Shown here: positions 20,656 through 32,900 of the stretch, piece by piece
Numbering within the stretch: the first letter of the stretch is position 1
How the letters are laid out: each line of letters opens with the position of its first letter
From: a virus
IMG/VR virus record: IMGVR_UViG_3300036770_007134
Span: 7,896-71,895 of that record
Reading direction: 5' to 3' (one strand)
DNA: 64,000 nucleotides
Translations under genes and position numbers: made by a program
Notes under the pieces: model-generated
Told to the model about the DNA's origin: nothing
What the model saw: only the letters and a program-made list of their open reading frames with translations
Databases searched by the model: none

Positions 20656-21321
20656 CTAATTTCCAGATTCAGATTGTTCTCTTAAAGCTTTTTCATGAGC
20701 CTGATCAAAAGAGTGTCCATCTTTTATGAATTTAATCATTAACAATATATGCTCTCTGCTATAATCAGTCGAATAAGCCTCTAAAAGAGCTCTGTCTTCA
20801 AAAGATAAAGAAGACAAATCAACTTCTGAAGAAAAACCTTGAACTGGTATATCAGATTCACTAAAGGTGTACTTAGCCTGTATAGTAACAGGTTTTTTCA
20901 GTTCTTCCTTTTCTAAATTTCTAGCATAATCTAAATAGTATGAAACTTTATTGTTAGCAGAATGAACAGTCTTTGGATTTATTTTTACCAAAGTTGGTTC
21001 AGAATATGAAGAAGCGGCGTAGTTAAAATTATATCTATTCCACTTTAAACCGTCTTCTTTGCACAGCAGCTTTATGTTGTCCGCAAATAAAGATATACTT
21101 TTAGACCTGGCGCTTATAACTATGCCAACTCCAGGGGCAGCAAATATCTCTATATCCCCGTAGTCATTTAGTCTTAAAAAACTAGATAAATCTGGATGAG
21201 TTAAACCTACTTCTCTATCAGAAAATGTTTTTCTTTTTGTCATCTCAACATTGACTGGTGCGTACTTTCTTTTTTGTATATCCTGGTTCAATGCCGCTGT
21301 TGGAATATAATCGTTAATCAC
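20656..21321 (-). CDS. Putative baseplate spike-associated protein
   Basis: 221 aa; GTG start with upstream GAGGT; short alternating beta-strands (LRLNDYGDIEIFAAPGVGIVIS); lies between the gpV-like and gp25-like genes. Confidence 0.55.
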   Translation of the reverse strand: MINDYIPTAALNQDIQKRKYAPVNVEMTKRKTFSDREVGLTHPDLSSFLRLNDYGDIEIFAAPGVGIVISARSKSISLFADNIKLLCKEDGLKWNRYNFNYAASSYSEPTLVKINPKTVHSANNKVSYYLDYARNLEKEELKKPVTIQAKYTFSESDIPVQGFSSEVDLSSLSFEDRALLEAYSTDYSREHILLMIKFIKDGHSFDQAHEKALREQSESGN

Positions 21322-21329
21322 CTAATACC

Positions 21330-21698
21330 TCAATCTATTAAATATCTAGGAATTCCTGTTTCAACTGAATAATTTCTATTATAATAACTACTTGATTTTA
21401 CATCGTCAAAAAAATTTAATATATATGGATCTGTTTCTTGAGTATTTCTAAAACCTATTAAACATCTCGTACCCACAAAAGGCGCCACAGTTTGCAATCC
21501 TTTTGTGACTGGACATGGAACATTGTTTAAAACCTGTCCAGGCTTACCGGAATGGGGGTCATCCACTACGACTGTAGCTGTGTTATTCACTGGATTGAAA
21601 GATATAACCATACCGGGTCTAGTCCTGGACTCTTTTAATCTAGTTGCATCTATCTGTTCTTGTATTTTTTTATCAAATCTGGGATACTTTTTCTGCAT
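21330..21698 (-). CDS. gpV/gp5 OB-fold-like baseplate spike N-terminal protein
   Basis: 122 aa; GMVISFNPVNNTATV...LNNVP...PFVGTRCLIGF...PYIL matches the spike OB-fold pattern. Confidence 0.75.
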   Translation of the reverse strand: MQKKYPRFDKKIQEQIDATRLKESRTRPGMVISFNPVNNTATVVVDDPHSGKPGQVLNNVPCPVTKGLQTVAPFVGTRCLIGFRNTQETDPYILNFFDDVKSSSYYNRNYSVETGIPRYLID

Positions 21699-21706
21699 GA
21701 TTTATC

Positions 21707-23962
21707 CTATTCGTAGGTCGAAGTGCCACCACTGCCCGTGTTATAGTTTATAATATCTCTTTTTTCTGGTGGACCACCGTTTACTGGGAAAAACCATCCA
21801 TCAACCCAGTCTGGAGCAAAGGGTTTAACTCTTGATCCACTACCTGACGTATTAAACATCTCAAGTGTCCAATCTTTTAGATCAGAGGCTTTACCTCCAC
21901 CCCTTACGTAAGTTGACACTGCGTCGTAGAAACGAACACCTCTTATAAAACCGTATTCATGACTGCCATAATCACCCCATGGCCTAAAGATATATCCAGT
22001 TTCCGGAGAGTACCCTAATTTGTCAGATGGTGTCATATTTTGAGGGGGCATTCCTCCACCCTTGGCCACCGTATAACACATTGATGCCTGATTGATCGGA
22101 ATCCATAAAAGTGGATCCAAAAGCGGAAAATACACAGACCTATCCTGAGTCCCATATCTTTGATATAATGAAGTAACTTTCTGATTAAAGTTATCAACTG
22201 TTATCCCCTCAGCTGCATAGTTTGCATACCCTAGCTGCCAACCCTTCCTAGCAACATTTCCCTCCGGCATATAAAAGTCATGGCGCCCATTAGCATTAGT
22301 CAGTAGGTTTAGCTGAAACAAGCCGATAGACCAATCCCCGGTATCTATATTCGGATTAATTGACCTAACAACTCCGCCGCTCTCTCTCACCACAACAGCA
22401 CAGAAGATTGCAGACGCCTCCGCCGAAAATACGGTTGATCTTAATAAATCAAATATTTCTTGAAGGTCAAGCTTACCCGGGTCAGTCCCTGTCGCATAGC
22501 TTTTTGTAAATTTAGCTAAAGTTTCTGGGCTAATCTGAGCTTCATCGTCACTCAGCCCCATTCCTCCTGTCCACCCAGATTCACCTAAACCGGTACCACC
22601 ATCTATCCACTCGAAAGACGGTGCACTTAAAACACCTCCTGGACCAGAATATATTCCCGACCTAGCTGCCGACCAGCTTACATGTATATGACTTCTATGA
22701 TTGTCGTCTGTATAAAAATTTAAATATTTTAGATTCCTAAATCTAACTTTCACGGGTGCATTATCAGGCTCAAGACCATCGGTTACCCCAAGTTCTGTCG
22801 CCAAATCAGGAGAACATACAATAAGATCAGGTAAGAGGTATGGAGCCTGAATCGCCATATTGTCCATCGCCTCAAGAAGTGCATACAGCGCTTCCCTGTG
22901 CCTATCTGCGTTTGATCCTTCTGATTTTAGATTTACAGACATTGATCCGTCAGAAGAAGATATAGTAGCAATATCGAAAGCTCTTCCAAAAACATGATCA
23001 CTAAGAGATTTCCCACCCTTGCTTAAATTTGGACCCTGATTATTAGGAGAATTTGCTCTCCAGACTCCAAGCCCGCCAGTAATTCTAATAGAAGAGTTAT
23101 CCGAACTTATGTAATGAAGAAACTCTATAAGAGTTGGGCATATGTAGGCGGTTTTGACAGGTAGCTGTATTATTGAATTATCTACAGCGGAAGAAACGCC
23201 ATCTAAACCGGGATAATAAGATTTAGTTGCAGAAGATTGACCGATATTATTTGGAACATCGAAAGGAAAACCATTCTTTATCGCAGAATGATCATGCACA
23301 ATCCCAGATACCGCCATCTGATGAAGAAGATCGAGCCTTTCATATAGCCATGTGAATTCTTCGTCGTCAATAGTTACATCTTTTATAACAATAGTTCTAG
23401 AACCTCCAGAATATGCTGCTACATCAGATATGTAGTCTGCGTTTATGTGTCCATTTGATCCAGATACAGTCCTGGCGTTCTCCAGTGAGCCGATGTATGC
23501 CGCACCAGTTGCATTAGCTATTACTGACAATGCTCTAGATGATATATCACCACCAAGATTCTTGGATATCACATTGGTATTACCCAAGGCCTGCTGAAAT
23601 GCGGCGACTCCGCTTACTGTGATGGTTCTATCACCATCTTTAACCTCTAATTCTTGCCCCTCTTCGACTGCTTTTATATCCGCATAAAACGCAGCCTGAG
23701 CGCCTCCTGTTAGCAATGAGTTCAGAGAACTGTTTGCAGCTTTTGCATTTGCGGCTATAGAATATCTTGGATCCTGATAGAATGCGTCTCCAGAAAGAAC
23801 TTCTGTCAAAGTTCTTGAAGTAAGAGTATCTCCATATATCCCATCTTGATTCCTAGAAGTATTAACGACTACTGCTTGTCCAGATGGATAGTAGTTTCTA
23901 TTAATTGCGCCTATTAATGAAACACTGTTATTTAAATCTTCTGACTTTAAAGAAATAGACAT
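21707..23962 (-). CDS. Virion-associated cell-wall hydrolase: M15-like Zn peptidase plus lysozyme-like transglycosylase
   Basis: 751 aa; SDHVFGRAFD and HIH zinc motifs (about 22680-23002); RESGG...SIGLFQLN (about 22310-22390). Confidence 0.8.
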   Translation of the reverse strand: MSISLKSEDLNNSVSLIGAINRNYYPSGQAVVVNTSRNQDGIYGDTLTSRTLTEVLSGDAFYQDPRYSIAANAKAANSSLNSLLTGGAQAAFYADIKAVEEGQELEVKDGDRTITVSGVAAFQQALGNTNVISKNLGGDISSRALSVIANATGAAYIGSLENARTVSGSNGHINADYISDVAAYSGGSRTIVIKDVTIDDEEFTWLYERLDLLHQMAVSGIVHDHSAIKNGFPFDVPNNIGQSSATKSYYPGLDGVSSAVDNSIIQLPVKTAYICPTLIEFLHYISSDNSSIRITGGLGVWRANSPNNQGPNLSKGGKSLSDHVFGRAFDIATISSSDGSMSVNLKSEGSNADRHREALYALLEAMDNMAIQAPYLLPDLIVCSPDLATELGVTDGLEPDNAPVKVRFRNLKYLNFYTDDNHRSHIHVSWSAARSGIYSGPGGVLSAPSFEWIDGGTGLGESGWTGGMGLSDDEAQISPETLAKFTKSYATGTDPGKLDLQEIFDLLRSTVFSAEASAIFCAVVVRESGGVVRSINPNIDTGDWSIGLFQLNLLTNANGRHDFYMPEGNVARKGWQLGYANYAAEGITVDNFNQKVTSLYQRYGTQDRSVYFPLLDPLLWIPINQASMCYTVAKGGGMPPQNMTPSDKLGYSPETGYIFRPWGDYGSHEYGFIRGVRFYDAVSTYVRGGGKASDLKDWTLEMFNTSGSGSRVKPFAPDWVDGWFFPVNGGPPEKRDIINYNTGSGGTSTYE

Positions 23963-23963
23963 A

Positions 23964-26900
23964 TTAATTTCCGATCCTTGTCAGTGTAGGGACTGTTTCC
24001 GATGATGTCAAAACTGATTCCGACTCAGTTTGAATGTCTTTAACAAAAACTTTCGCAAGGTTATTTACTACAAGCTCCCAATTAAGACTATAAGGCGTAC
24101 CATCGCTAAAGTATTCATCCCATGAAACATATGGCCATCTCGCAATAAGAGAATATATCTCTTCTATAGACTTAAATCTAACTAGCGCAGAATATAAACC
24201 TTGTTCATTCTGGCTAAGACCAGAAATTGAATCACCAGAAGATGGGTCTATTGTATAGTAATTAGGTATATTAGATGACTGAATTGAGTCAAGTATTTTA
24301 TCAAAAAATACAAAAAATGGGGAGCCGTCATCAATGTCTAATTTCATATCATTTTTAACAATCTGCATGTAGTTTGGCTCGTTTATATGTGACCTCAATA
24401 ATTCGTTAACATAGGATTTATGAGAGTCAATATTTTCATCTGGCAATCTATAAAATATAGTGCCTATAATTCTATCAAATTTATCAGTCTGATAATTGGT
24501 TGGATCGTTTTGACTATTGCCAGCTTCATAATCTTGATTTAAAATTGCCGAACTAGAAGAACTGCCCGAGCTTCTTGTTTCATTTACTCTTAATACAAAA
24601 ATTTTATTTTTCAGCGCTCTTTCAACAAAAAATTTTGCTTGACCGGCTGAAGTAGACAGATCATTTATGCTTAAATTAGCAGACTCCGAAGATCCAGGTA
24701 TTAGAATTCTTCCATTTATAACGTTTAATTCTGATGTATCTATTCCGTCAAATCTAATAGTAAATTGGTTTCCAGATATTACATCCTGAACCTCTATAGT
24801 ATCTCCATCCTTAACATCTAAACATTTTACCACAACCTTAAAGCTTGGCTCTAGTCCAGCTTTATCTGGCCCCAATCCAGAAAGTTTCAAAACTTCAGAA
24901 TGAACCATAGCGTTCTGGTAAGATGCATATCTAACAAAGTCTTCTATTTGTGTTTCTTGCCATCCCATACTCTTAAAAAGATCATCAGTTCTAACGTAGG
25001 CGTTGCCTTCTGGGGTTCTCATCTTAACTCTTGTCCCAAGTATTCCTGGTAGAATAGCCTTACTGTGATAAGAACCTACTACCATCCCCTGGTTATATGA
25101 AAGCCCCGCATCCATTGGTTGCCCATTCTTATTTAAATACTGGATATAGCATCCGTGTTGATCAATAAGATTATCTCTTATGTATCTCCAGCCAGACCAT
25201 GCCACTTTAGATGCTATTCCACCAACTACTGCACCAACAGCTAAACTTCCACCACCAGTCACTGGTGCAAGAATGGCACTAGCCGTACCAAGCGCAGTGC
25301 CAGATACACTTGAGGCCATTAAGGCAAAGAGGTCATACTTTCGGCCCTGTGTACTCATCATCTCCTGGAGTGCTCGACTAGTATCTGGCGCACTTTTTGC
25401 CACCTCTAAAGACATTAGATCTTTAACCAAAGCTGATGACCCGTGAGTATACTGTATCCCTCCAACTAACTGAGGCGACAACATTTCAGACAAAGCGTCC
25501 ATAGAAACGTTTCCGCCAACCGATACCCCAGAGTTTGCTGATCTTAATTGATCTAACATTATTCTAGTATCATTTCTTAAAACTTGTTTAGACATTAATG
25601 AACCAACTGACGATATTAAGCTCCACCTGACCGGATCATTAACAGTTACTAGTGCATTCGGAGTTATGGATGTTATAAAACCAAGATCTGGAGTAAAGTG
25701 ATGGACAACCTGCTCAACTTCAAATATTCCGTACATTCTTTCGTAAACATCTGCTAAATAAACAAGATCATGCGGACGTATATCTGCGTTGCCTACAACA
25801 ACTAATTCTCCGCCATAAATGTCTTTTATAGAATCTCTTAAATGTGATAAAGCTATCCTTTTTGCCGAGATTTCGTCAGGAACACCAGTAGCTGCCTTGG
25901 TGAACCCTCTAATAGTCTGAAGTGGATGCATGATGGGATGGATTACGGCCAGCACTCCTTCTCCTATCGCGTTATCAAAAAATATTCCTGTCTCAATAGT
26001 TTTCTCAACTTGCCTCTCAGAAGGCGCACCTTTATCTAGCGCAACTGTTACCGGATATTTTCCATCGGATACAGCGGTTATCACTGTTGGTACGTCGCTT
26101 ATAGTTTCCTGTATCCTGTTTGATAAAATGTGACTAAAAGAATTTACATAATGTATTCTTTGAAAAGGTTCTCTTACTTCTACTACAGGCTCACCATATT
26201 CTCTCGTAAAAGGATTGTCTACTTTTCTAAGCATTGAGCCATCTGTGCCTAGTGAATAATATATCGAATCATTTAGCGCTTTATTTAAAATATTTGACTG
26301 ACGCCTAAAAGCACTTGACTCGCCAATTGCATAACCAAGCTGGCTCATAGATAACTTAAACTGATTTAGCAATAAACCCAACCCATCGGCAACTGAGCTA
26401 AATATTGGACCTACAGTATTATTCCATGCCGCCTCTATAGCTGAAGTACCTTTAGACCACGCCCACGTTATTGGATTTGTCGAACTATTACCTTCAGACG
26501 CTGTTGAGGCTAGTAATGATAGGAATTTATCTTTATTACTTGGTTTCGCATAATCACCATATGGACTTATGTAAACCCTAAATACCGCATCGACTGGTTT
26601 AAAACTCCATTCATCACCACTGCCAAATATATTATTGTTTCCAGTTGCCAGTGCACCTAATGCGCCGCCCATAGATGCGGAAATCACAGCACCGGGGCCA
26701 AAGCTGCCTGAGTTAAATACTTTAAAATCAGGCCTTAAGACTAACCACGCCCTAGAGTAAGGGTCTTCCCACAGCCTCTGTCTAAATGATCCGACCATAA
26801 ATAAGAACAACTGTTTGGGAGTTCTTATTCTTTGCATTATATTCTCTATCTCTGCATCAACGTCAAAAGGAGCTCGTCCATTTCTAAAATTAGATGGGTC

Positions 26901-29900
26901 CCCCTGAGGGATATTGCCATCAGCGTCTGGTGCCGTAAGATTCGTCTCCGGATTTTCTTCAACTATTTCCGAAAGTACTCTTTCATACTCAACCTGAATA
27001 AGTGACTTAATCGCACTATTCGATAAGAATATCTCTCTAATAGATGCTAGCTTAGAATTTACCAAATTATTCAAAGATGCTATTAAACCACCATCATCAC
27101 TGGGTGCGTCTATAAAATTTGCCCTTGCAAACTCTATTGCATCTGCTAGCTCTTGAGATGCTGTTTGGGCACTGGTGGTGCCAGGCCTACCTTCTAGATT
27201 ATCTACGTAATCCTGACCCAGAAGCAGCGAAAACTCATCGAGTGCGGTTCCATCATCTGCCCCAAAATTAGATATAACAGGATCACTAGGATCTGTACTT
27301 AACGCTCGCCTTAGGTAAGCAGGAAGTTCATCATCTGAGTCAGGATCCATACCATACACTTCCTCAAATATCTTTTTTACTGAATCATATGTATGATAAC
27401 CAGATCTAAATTGATTCCATATCCTTTGTGCCTCTTCTTTAGTTCTTCCACTCCCAGCTATAACAGATACTGATGGATCGAAATCTTCATCGTAAAAAGA
27501 TCTAGCCTGTATTGATATAACATCCGCTTGATCATATACAGCTGACAATGTAGATCTGTTATCCTCATCGGTTGACGTATCTATATCATAAAGCTTGTCA
27601 ATATTTGTATTATTTACAACAATATTAAAGTATGTTTCGCCATCAATTATCGGATTTCCACCATAAAGAATTCTACTATAAGATGGAGATATTGCTGTTT
27701 GGTATGGAATATATGCCTCTAAAGAATTATTTAGAACACCCACATACAAAGGTGTTCCGCCGACCATTACGTTGATGCCATTGTCATTTTTTTCGGCTAA
27801 TAAAACATCACCAGACAAAGGCTGAAACGCGCCAAATCCGACTAGTGTAGGATTAGTGACTATTTCTTGATTACTTGATATTTCTGAAAAACTTAATATT
27901 GGAGAATTTTGAGGTGCAATAACACCTAAAGAAGTGTCATCAGGAACAAAGGCCATCAGACAATCTTGTGGAGATGGGCTGTCTCTAAACCCACCTATTC
28001 CTTCACTCTCACTTTCGGTTATTATCCCTAAGTAATAAGCTGCGTCTGGAGAAACCACCGCATCGTGTTCATTTTCACCCCAGAGGAAGTATGCAGGAGC
28101 GCACACGACAGCCCTACCGGTTGAAGGATTAAATACTAAAACTTTTCTATTTCTATAATCCTTAGCAGATCCGTACAACTCCCCATTCGGATGATACTTA
28201 TTTTTAAAATCTTCTATAGTATCCGGGGGGGCCGTAGGCGTATAGGGCCACTTCATCGCTATGTAAAATTGCTCTCTCAGAGCATCTTTTACTGCTGGCC
28301 AATCTTTGGCATAGGAGTTAAAAAGTCTTAAATTAGTAAAATCTATAGAGCTAGAATTAAAAGATGATGCTTCAGTAAAATCAACCTGAGTAGTAGGAAT
28401 CGGCATTGCTGTAAAAACTGGAATCTGAACCTGCTCATCAAGAATTTTTCTTTGCGCGTTAAGCATTGCCGAGGAAAAGTCTATATATTTATCGAGTATA
28501 ACAAGCTCTTTAAATCCTTCTCTATAATCCCATTTTCCATCATATGCCCTTTGAAGACCCTCTCCAAGAATGCTAACAGTAGAATCTATTATTTCTCCAG
28601 ACAAGTTTATAGTGTCACCCTGTTGATCAAAAATTGATTCCACTATATCAAGTGCGTAATTTATACCCTGAGTAATATCGCCTAGTATTGGCACATCGCC
28701 AATTAGCCAGTCAAAACTTGCAATCGATAAAGCTCCAGTTGTCACATCGGTAATTTTATCTATACTCCAATCTACTGCTCCCGTTATGCCAGAAACTCCA
28801 CCACCTATAACATCGTCAAACACATTTTCTATAAAACCACCTGGATCGCTTTCTCTATCAAACAACGAATACTGTTCATTATCTTTAAAGAAATCTTTCT
28901 CTACTTCTTTTAATATTTCAAACAGCCTAGTATCATCAGAATCGACAGTTATCGATGAGCTATTTTTAAGTTCAGAAATACCAGATATCCCGATTGTGTC
29001 AACAAAATACGGAAAAGAGTATCTTGGAGGAAGATTCGTTATCTGGGCATGTCTGCTAACCATTCTGTCAAAATCTATGATAGTTTCCTTTTCCTCATAA
29101 TCGATAGGAAGATGATAGCCGACCTGAACAGTACCTCTTGAAACAGGAAGTTTACTTATAACCTGTTCATTTAAAATATCAAAATACATCATAGAACTTG
29201 GACTACCAAAATTTAATATTTTCCCACTAAGCTCACTAGTTGGTCTATATATTCCGGAAGAATTTTGTATATCTTCTCCGATCTTCTTATAGGAATCAGA
29301 TAACTCAGCCATATCTAGAAACGCAGAATAATCAGAATATCTATTCGTAGACTTGTTGATTTGTGTAAGGATTTCACCAATTTCGTAATTAGGGCTTTTA
29401 ATTTTTGGGATATCCTCTAATACACCAAGCTCTCTTGCTTTGTCATCTCCAGGATAACCTGTTGTTACCGGAATTACACCAGACGTGTATAGCCAATGGG
29501 GTTTACCATAGAATATTGTAGATCTATCCTCAAATGGCCTGACTGCGACTATATAATTAGGAAGGAGTCTGGCACATGTGTCAAACATATCCCAAACAGT
29601 TCTCATGTAAGTTTGAGCCCTAAATGATACTTCATCTGCCCCGGGAAGGTCGTCGTCTTCATTTTGGGATATAATTCCCATAGTTCTAAAAAGATTTCTC
29701 CCACCCCTACCTCTTAAAACCCCTCCAAGACCAAAGCCAACCAGTGGACTCATCGGCCCTCCAAAAGCCGTACTTATAAGACCGCCCACTATCCCAGAAG
29801 CTACATCATCTTTGAGACTAGAATTGAGAGTGTAGTCAACAGTTAAATTATCCAAAGTAGCTGATGCGGAAGGATTATTCTTTTGTGTTTGGATTAAAAG

Positions 29901-32900
29901 TTTATTCCAAGCGGTATCTGTTAGCATGGAAGTTGCTGAAGAACCGGATATACCAAAATTGTCTACTGGAGAAACAGAAGCCAAAGTTCCCCATCCATCA
30001 TCTAAGTCACCACCAAGGAATTGGGCTATACCAGTTCCATTTCCTGGATATATATTTCTTTTAAACAACTCAAGATCTGTCTCATTTGACGACATCCCTA
30101 ATAGTGAGGTGACAATATCAGTGACACCTATACCAGTAGAATTTTTGAAACTAGAATATGCTGAATAACTTTGATACGCGCCATATGCACCTGCAGTGGG
30201 TAAAGAATGGCCCGCCAGCACGGTTGTTACCGCTCCTCGTATTCCTGCGCCCTTGGATAGATCTGATATTTGACTTCCACCTATTCTCCCAGTACCAACG
30301 CCGCTGAAAGCAGAACTGATAGCGCTATACATTGCCTCTTGTTTATCTCGCTCCTGTCTAGTCAGTGGTTCATATAATATTGTACCGAAATGCCTAATAC
30401 CAAATCTATTTTCAGAAAAAACTGTACCTCTAGTAGCTCTTGCTATATTTTCCCTGACTCTCCCAGCGCCCATTGACAGGAGCCTTACCATTAAGTCTCT
30501 TGGTTCGGACATCCAAAATCCTGTATCTAAACCACCATCTATTTTTCCACTATCTCCTTTTTTATTTGTAGAATTAATCATACCACTAAGCTCAACTGCG
30601 TCAGACTGAGCGGTGACTGTAACTATGTCTCCTTGTTCGACTTCTGTTATAACTCCGTTAAAAAGCGTTTGAAGAGAATTGGGATTCGCTCCATAACCAG
30701 CCCTAATGTGAACTCTTACCCCAGGTTTTAGTCTAATATTATTTATATCTACAACATAATCATTTCTCATGTGACCAGAAATATTCCTAGATAAATTTAA
30801 AACTCTATCTATAGACATTTCTATACCAGCATTTAGTGGAAGAGTTTGATTAATCCCATCAAGATATGAATTAAACATTTCCTCGGCGGCGTTGGTCGTG
30901 AGTTTGGAATATAGGTTAGATAATCTAAAAACAAGGGTGTCGGCCATAATATCTTCTGAACTAACTATTGAAAAGTCTATTATAGATTGTAGTCCATAAA
31001 AATTATCAAATAATTTCATTCCAGCGAAGTTGCCGCCCTCATCTATTAACCAGAGCATATAGGTGGGAAACGCTCTTATCATTCTACCTGTATTATCCCT
31101 ATACTGCGTATCTTTTAACATTCCTTCCCAGTGTGTATAAACGTCTGTATCGTAGGCATTTTGATATTCGGAAATGGCCTTAGCTCCCGGAACCCCTGAG
31201 TTTACTCTTGTGTTTCCATTGTCAGGAGTTTGTACATCTTCAATTGGGTTAGGTCTTAATAATAGACCCCCAGATGAGCCATCTGATAGATCAGATTTCT
31301 GTACTAAGTCTCCGCCTTCTCCATTGCTTAAATAGAATCTTCCATTCTTAGAATCGATATAACCGTAGTAGTTACCAATAGCCGTCATAAGCATCGAGGG
31401 GGTCAATCCGCTTTCTATTTCATCTCTGTTCCCTGTTGGAATCGATACTATAACCTTATGAAATTCAACGTCGTCTGGGTCAAAGCTGACATAGTTTTCG
31501 GATTGAAGAGAGTATTCACCAGCTAAAGCTGACTCTATTTGCTTGGACACCCTTTCTCCAGAAAGTATATGATCACCAATTCTATATCTAGACGCAGATG
31601 CTTCTAGAAATATCGAATCCTCAGAAACATTATCTGCGAAATTTATAAATTCAGATATAAATTGTCCCTTATCATCACTGGATAGGCCTTGTGTTTGTTT
31701 CAAAGCGACTTTTTCATTTAGTACATACAAAAGCTCTTCTCTAGATATTTCAAGATCTTTTACATATTCTCTTATTTCTTCGTATAAAGGCTGGTTATTT
31801 GAATTCGTAGAAAACCTTCTTGCATATTGTATGAAATCAAATTCAATCTTTGCCAGTGCTATTTCATTATTTATAATATCACCAGCAGACGGCGTGGTAA
31901 CCGGAGTTTGACTTAAATACTCTCTTTGTTGCGACATATTGTTTATTATATCTTGATCATATGTTTCAAAGCTTCTAAAATAGAAATCGGGATCTAAATT
32001 ACCTACAATTTCACCTTGTGAATTTTGAACAGATAACGGAAAATCTGGATATGCATTAAAACTGCCCCAAAGCTGCTTTATCCTTAGAAAGGGATTTCTT
32101 TTTGAAGAAAAATGCTCGATCATTTCTTTTTGCTGAGAACTAGAAAGATTTTCTCTTTTTTGCTGAAATATGTCAAAATCAGACAACGTCATATCGACCC
32201 TGTATACATGCGGCTGATTAGGAACTGTTGACACATTAAATGACATAGGAAGAACGTATTTAATCCCAGATAAGGCGGTGATAATATTTTTAATGCCCAT
32301 AAAACCAAGGACACCAGCGGAATGTTCTAACCTTGCTAGTCCAGATAGATGATCAAACATTCTTTTAAGTTTCTTCAACTCCTTTTCATCATTACCACTG
32401 CCTATGACTATCATAGATATACTCACAAATGAATCTCCACCACCTATGTGTTGGTATGTTGGTTCGTCCATAAGTTGAACTTGCAGTTTGGCAAAATTGT
32501 TAGACATTGACACATTTATCGACTCTACTATTACCGAATTCTCATCAAAAGCTACCTCTATCATTGGGACTTCCCATTCATTAAACTGATAGCTTGCGTT
32601 CCTTGCTCTTTGAGCATCTAAGAATGCCTGTATTGGACCGCTTTGAAAGAATCTCTCATATAAAACGCCATTAAACGCGCTTGTAATTTGATCTTTGACT
32701 GACTGCTGATCAGGAGCTGTGCCGGTTCTATCTTGTATCTCTGATATTTTTTGATTAGTCAAATACTCCAAAAAAGAACTAGGATTAAGTGATATTCTGT
32801 ACAGAAGATCTTTACACTGATCAAGTGTCATATTATCGCCATCAGAATTCAAAAGAACCTTATTCTGGAATCTCCATGGACCAGGATCTTGATACTGAGT

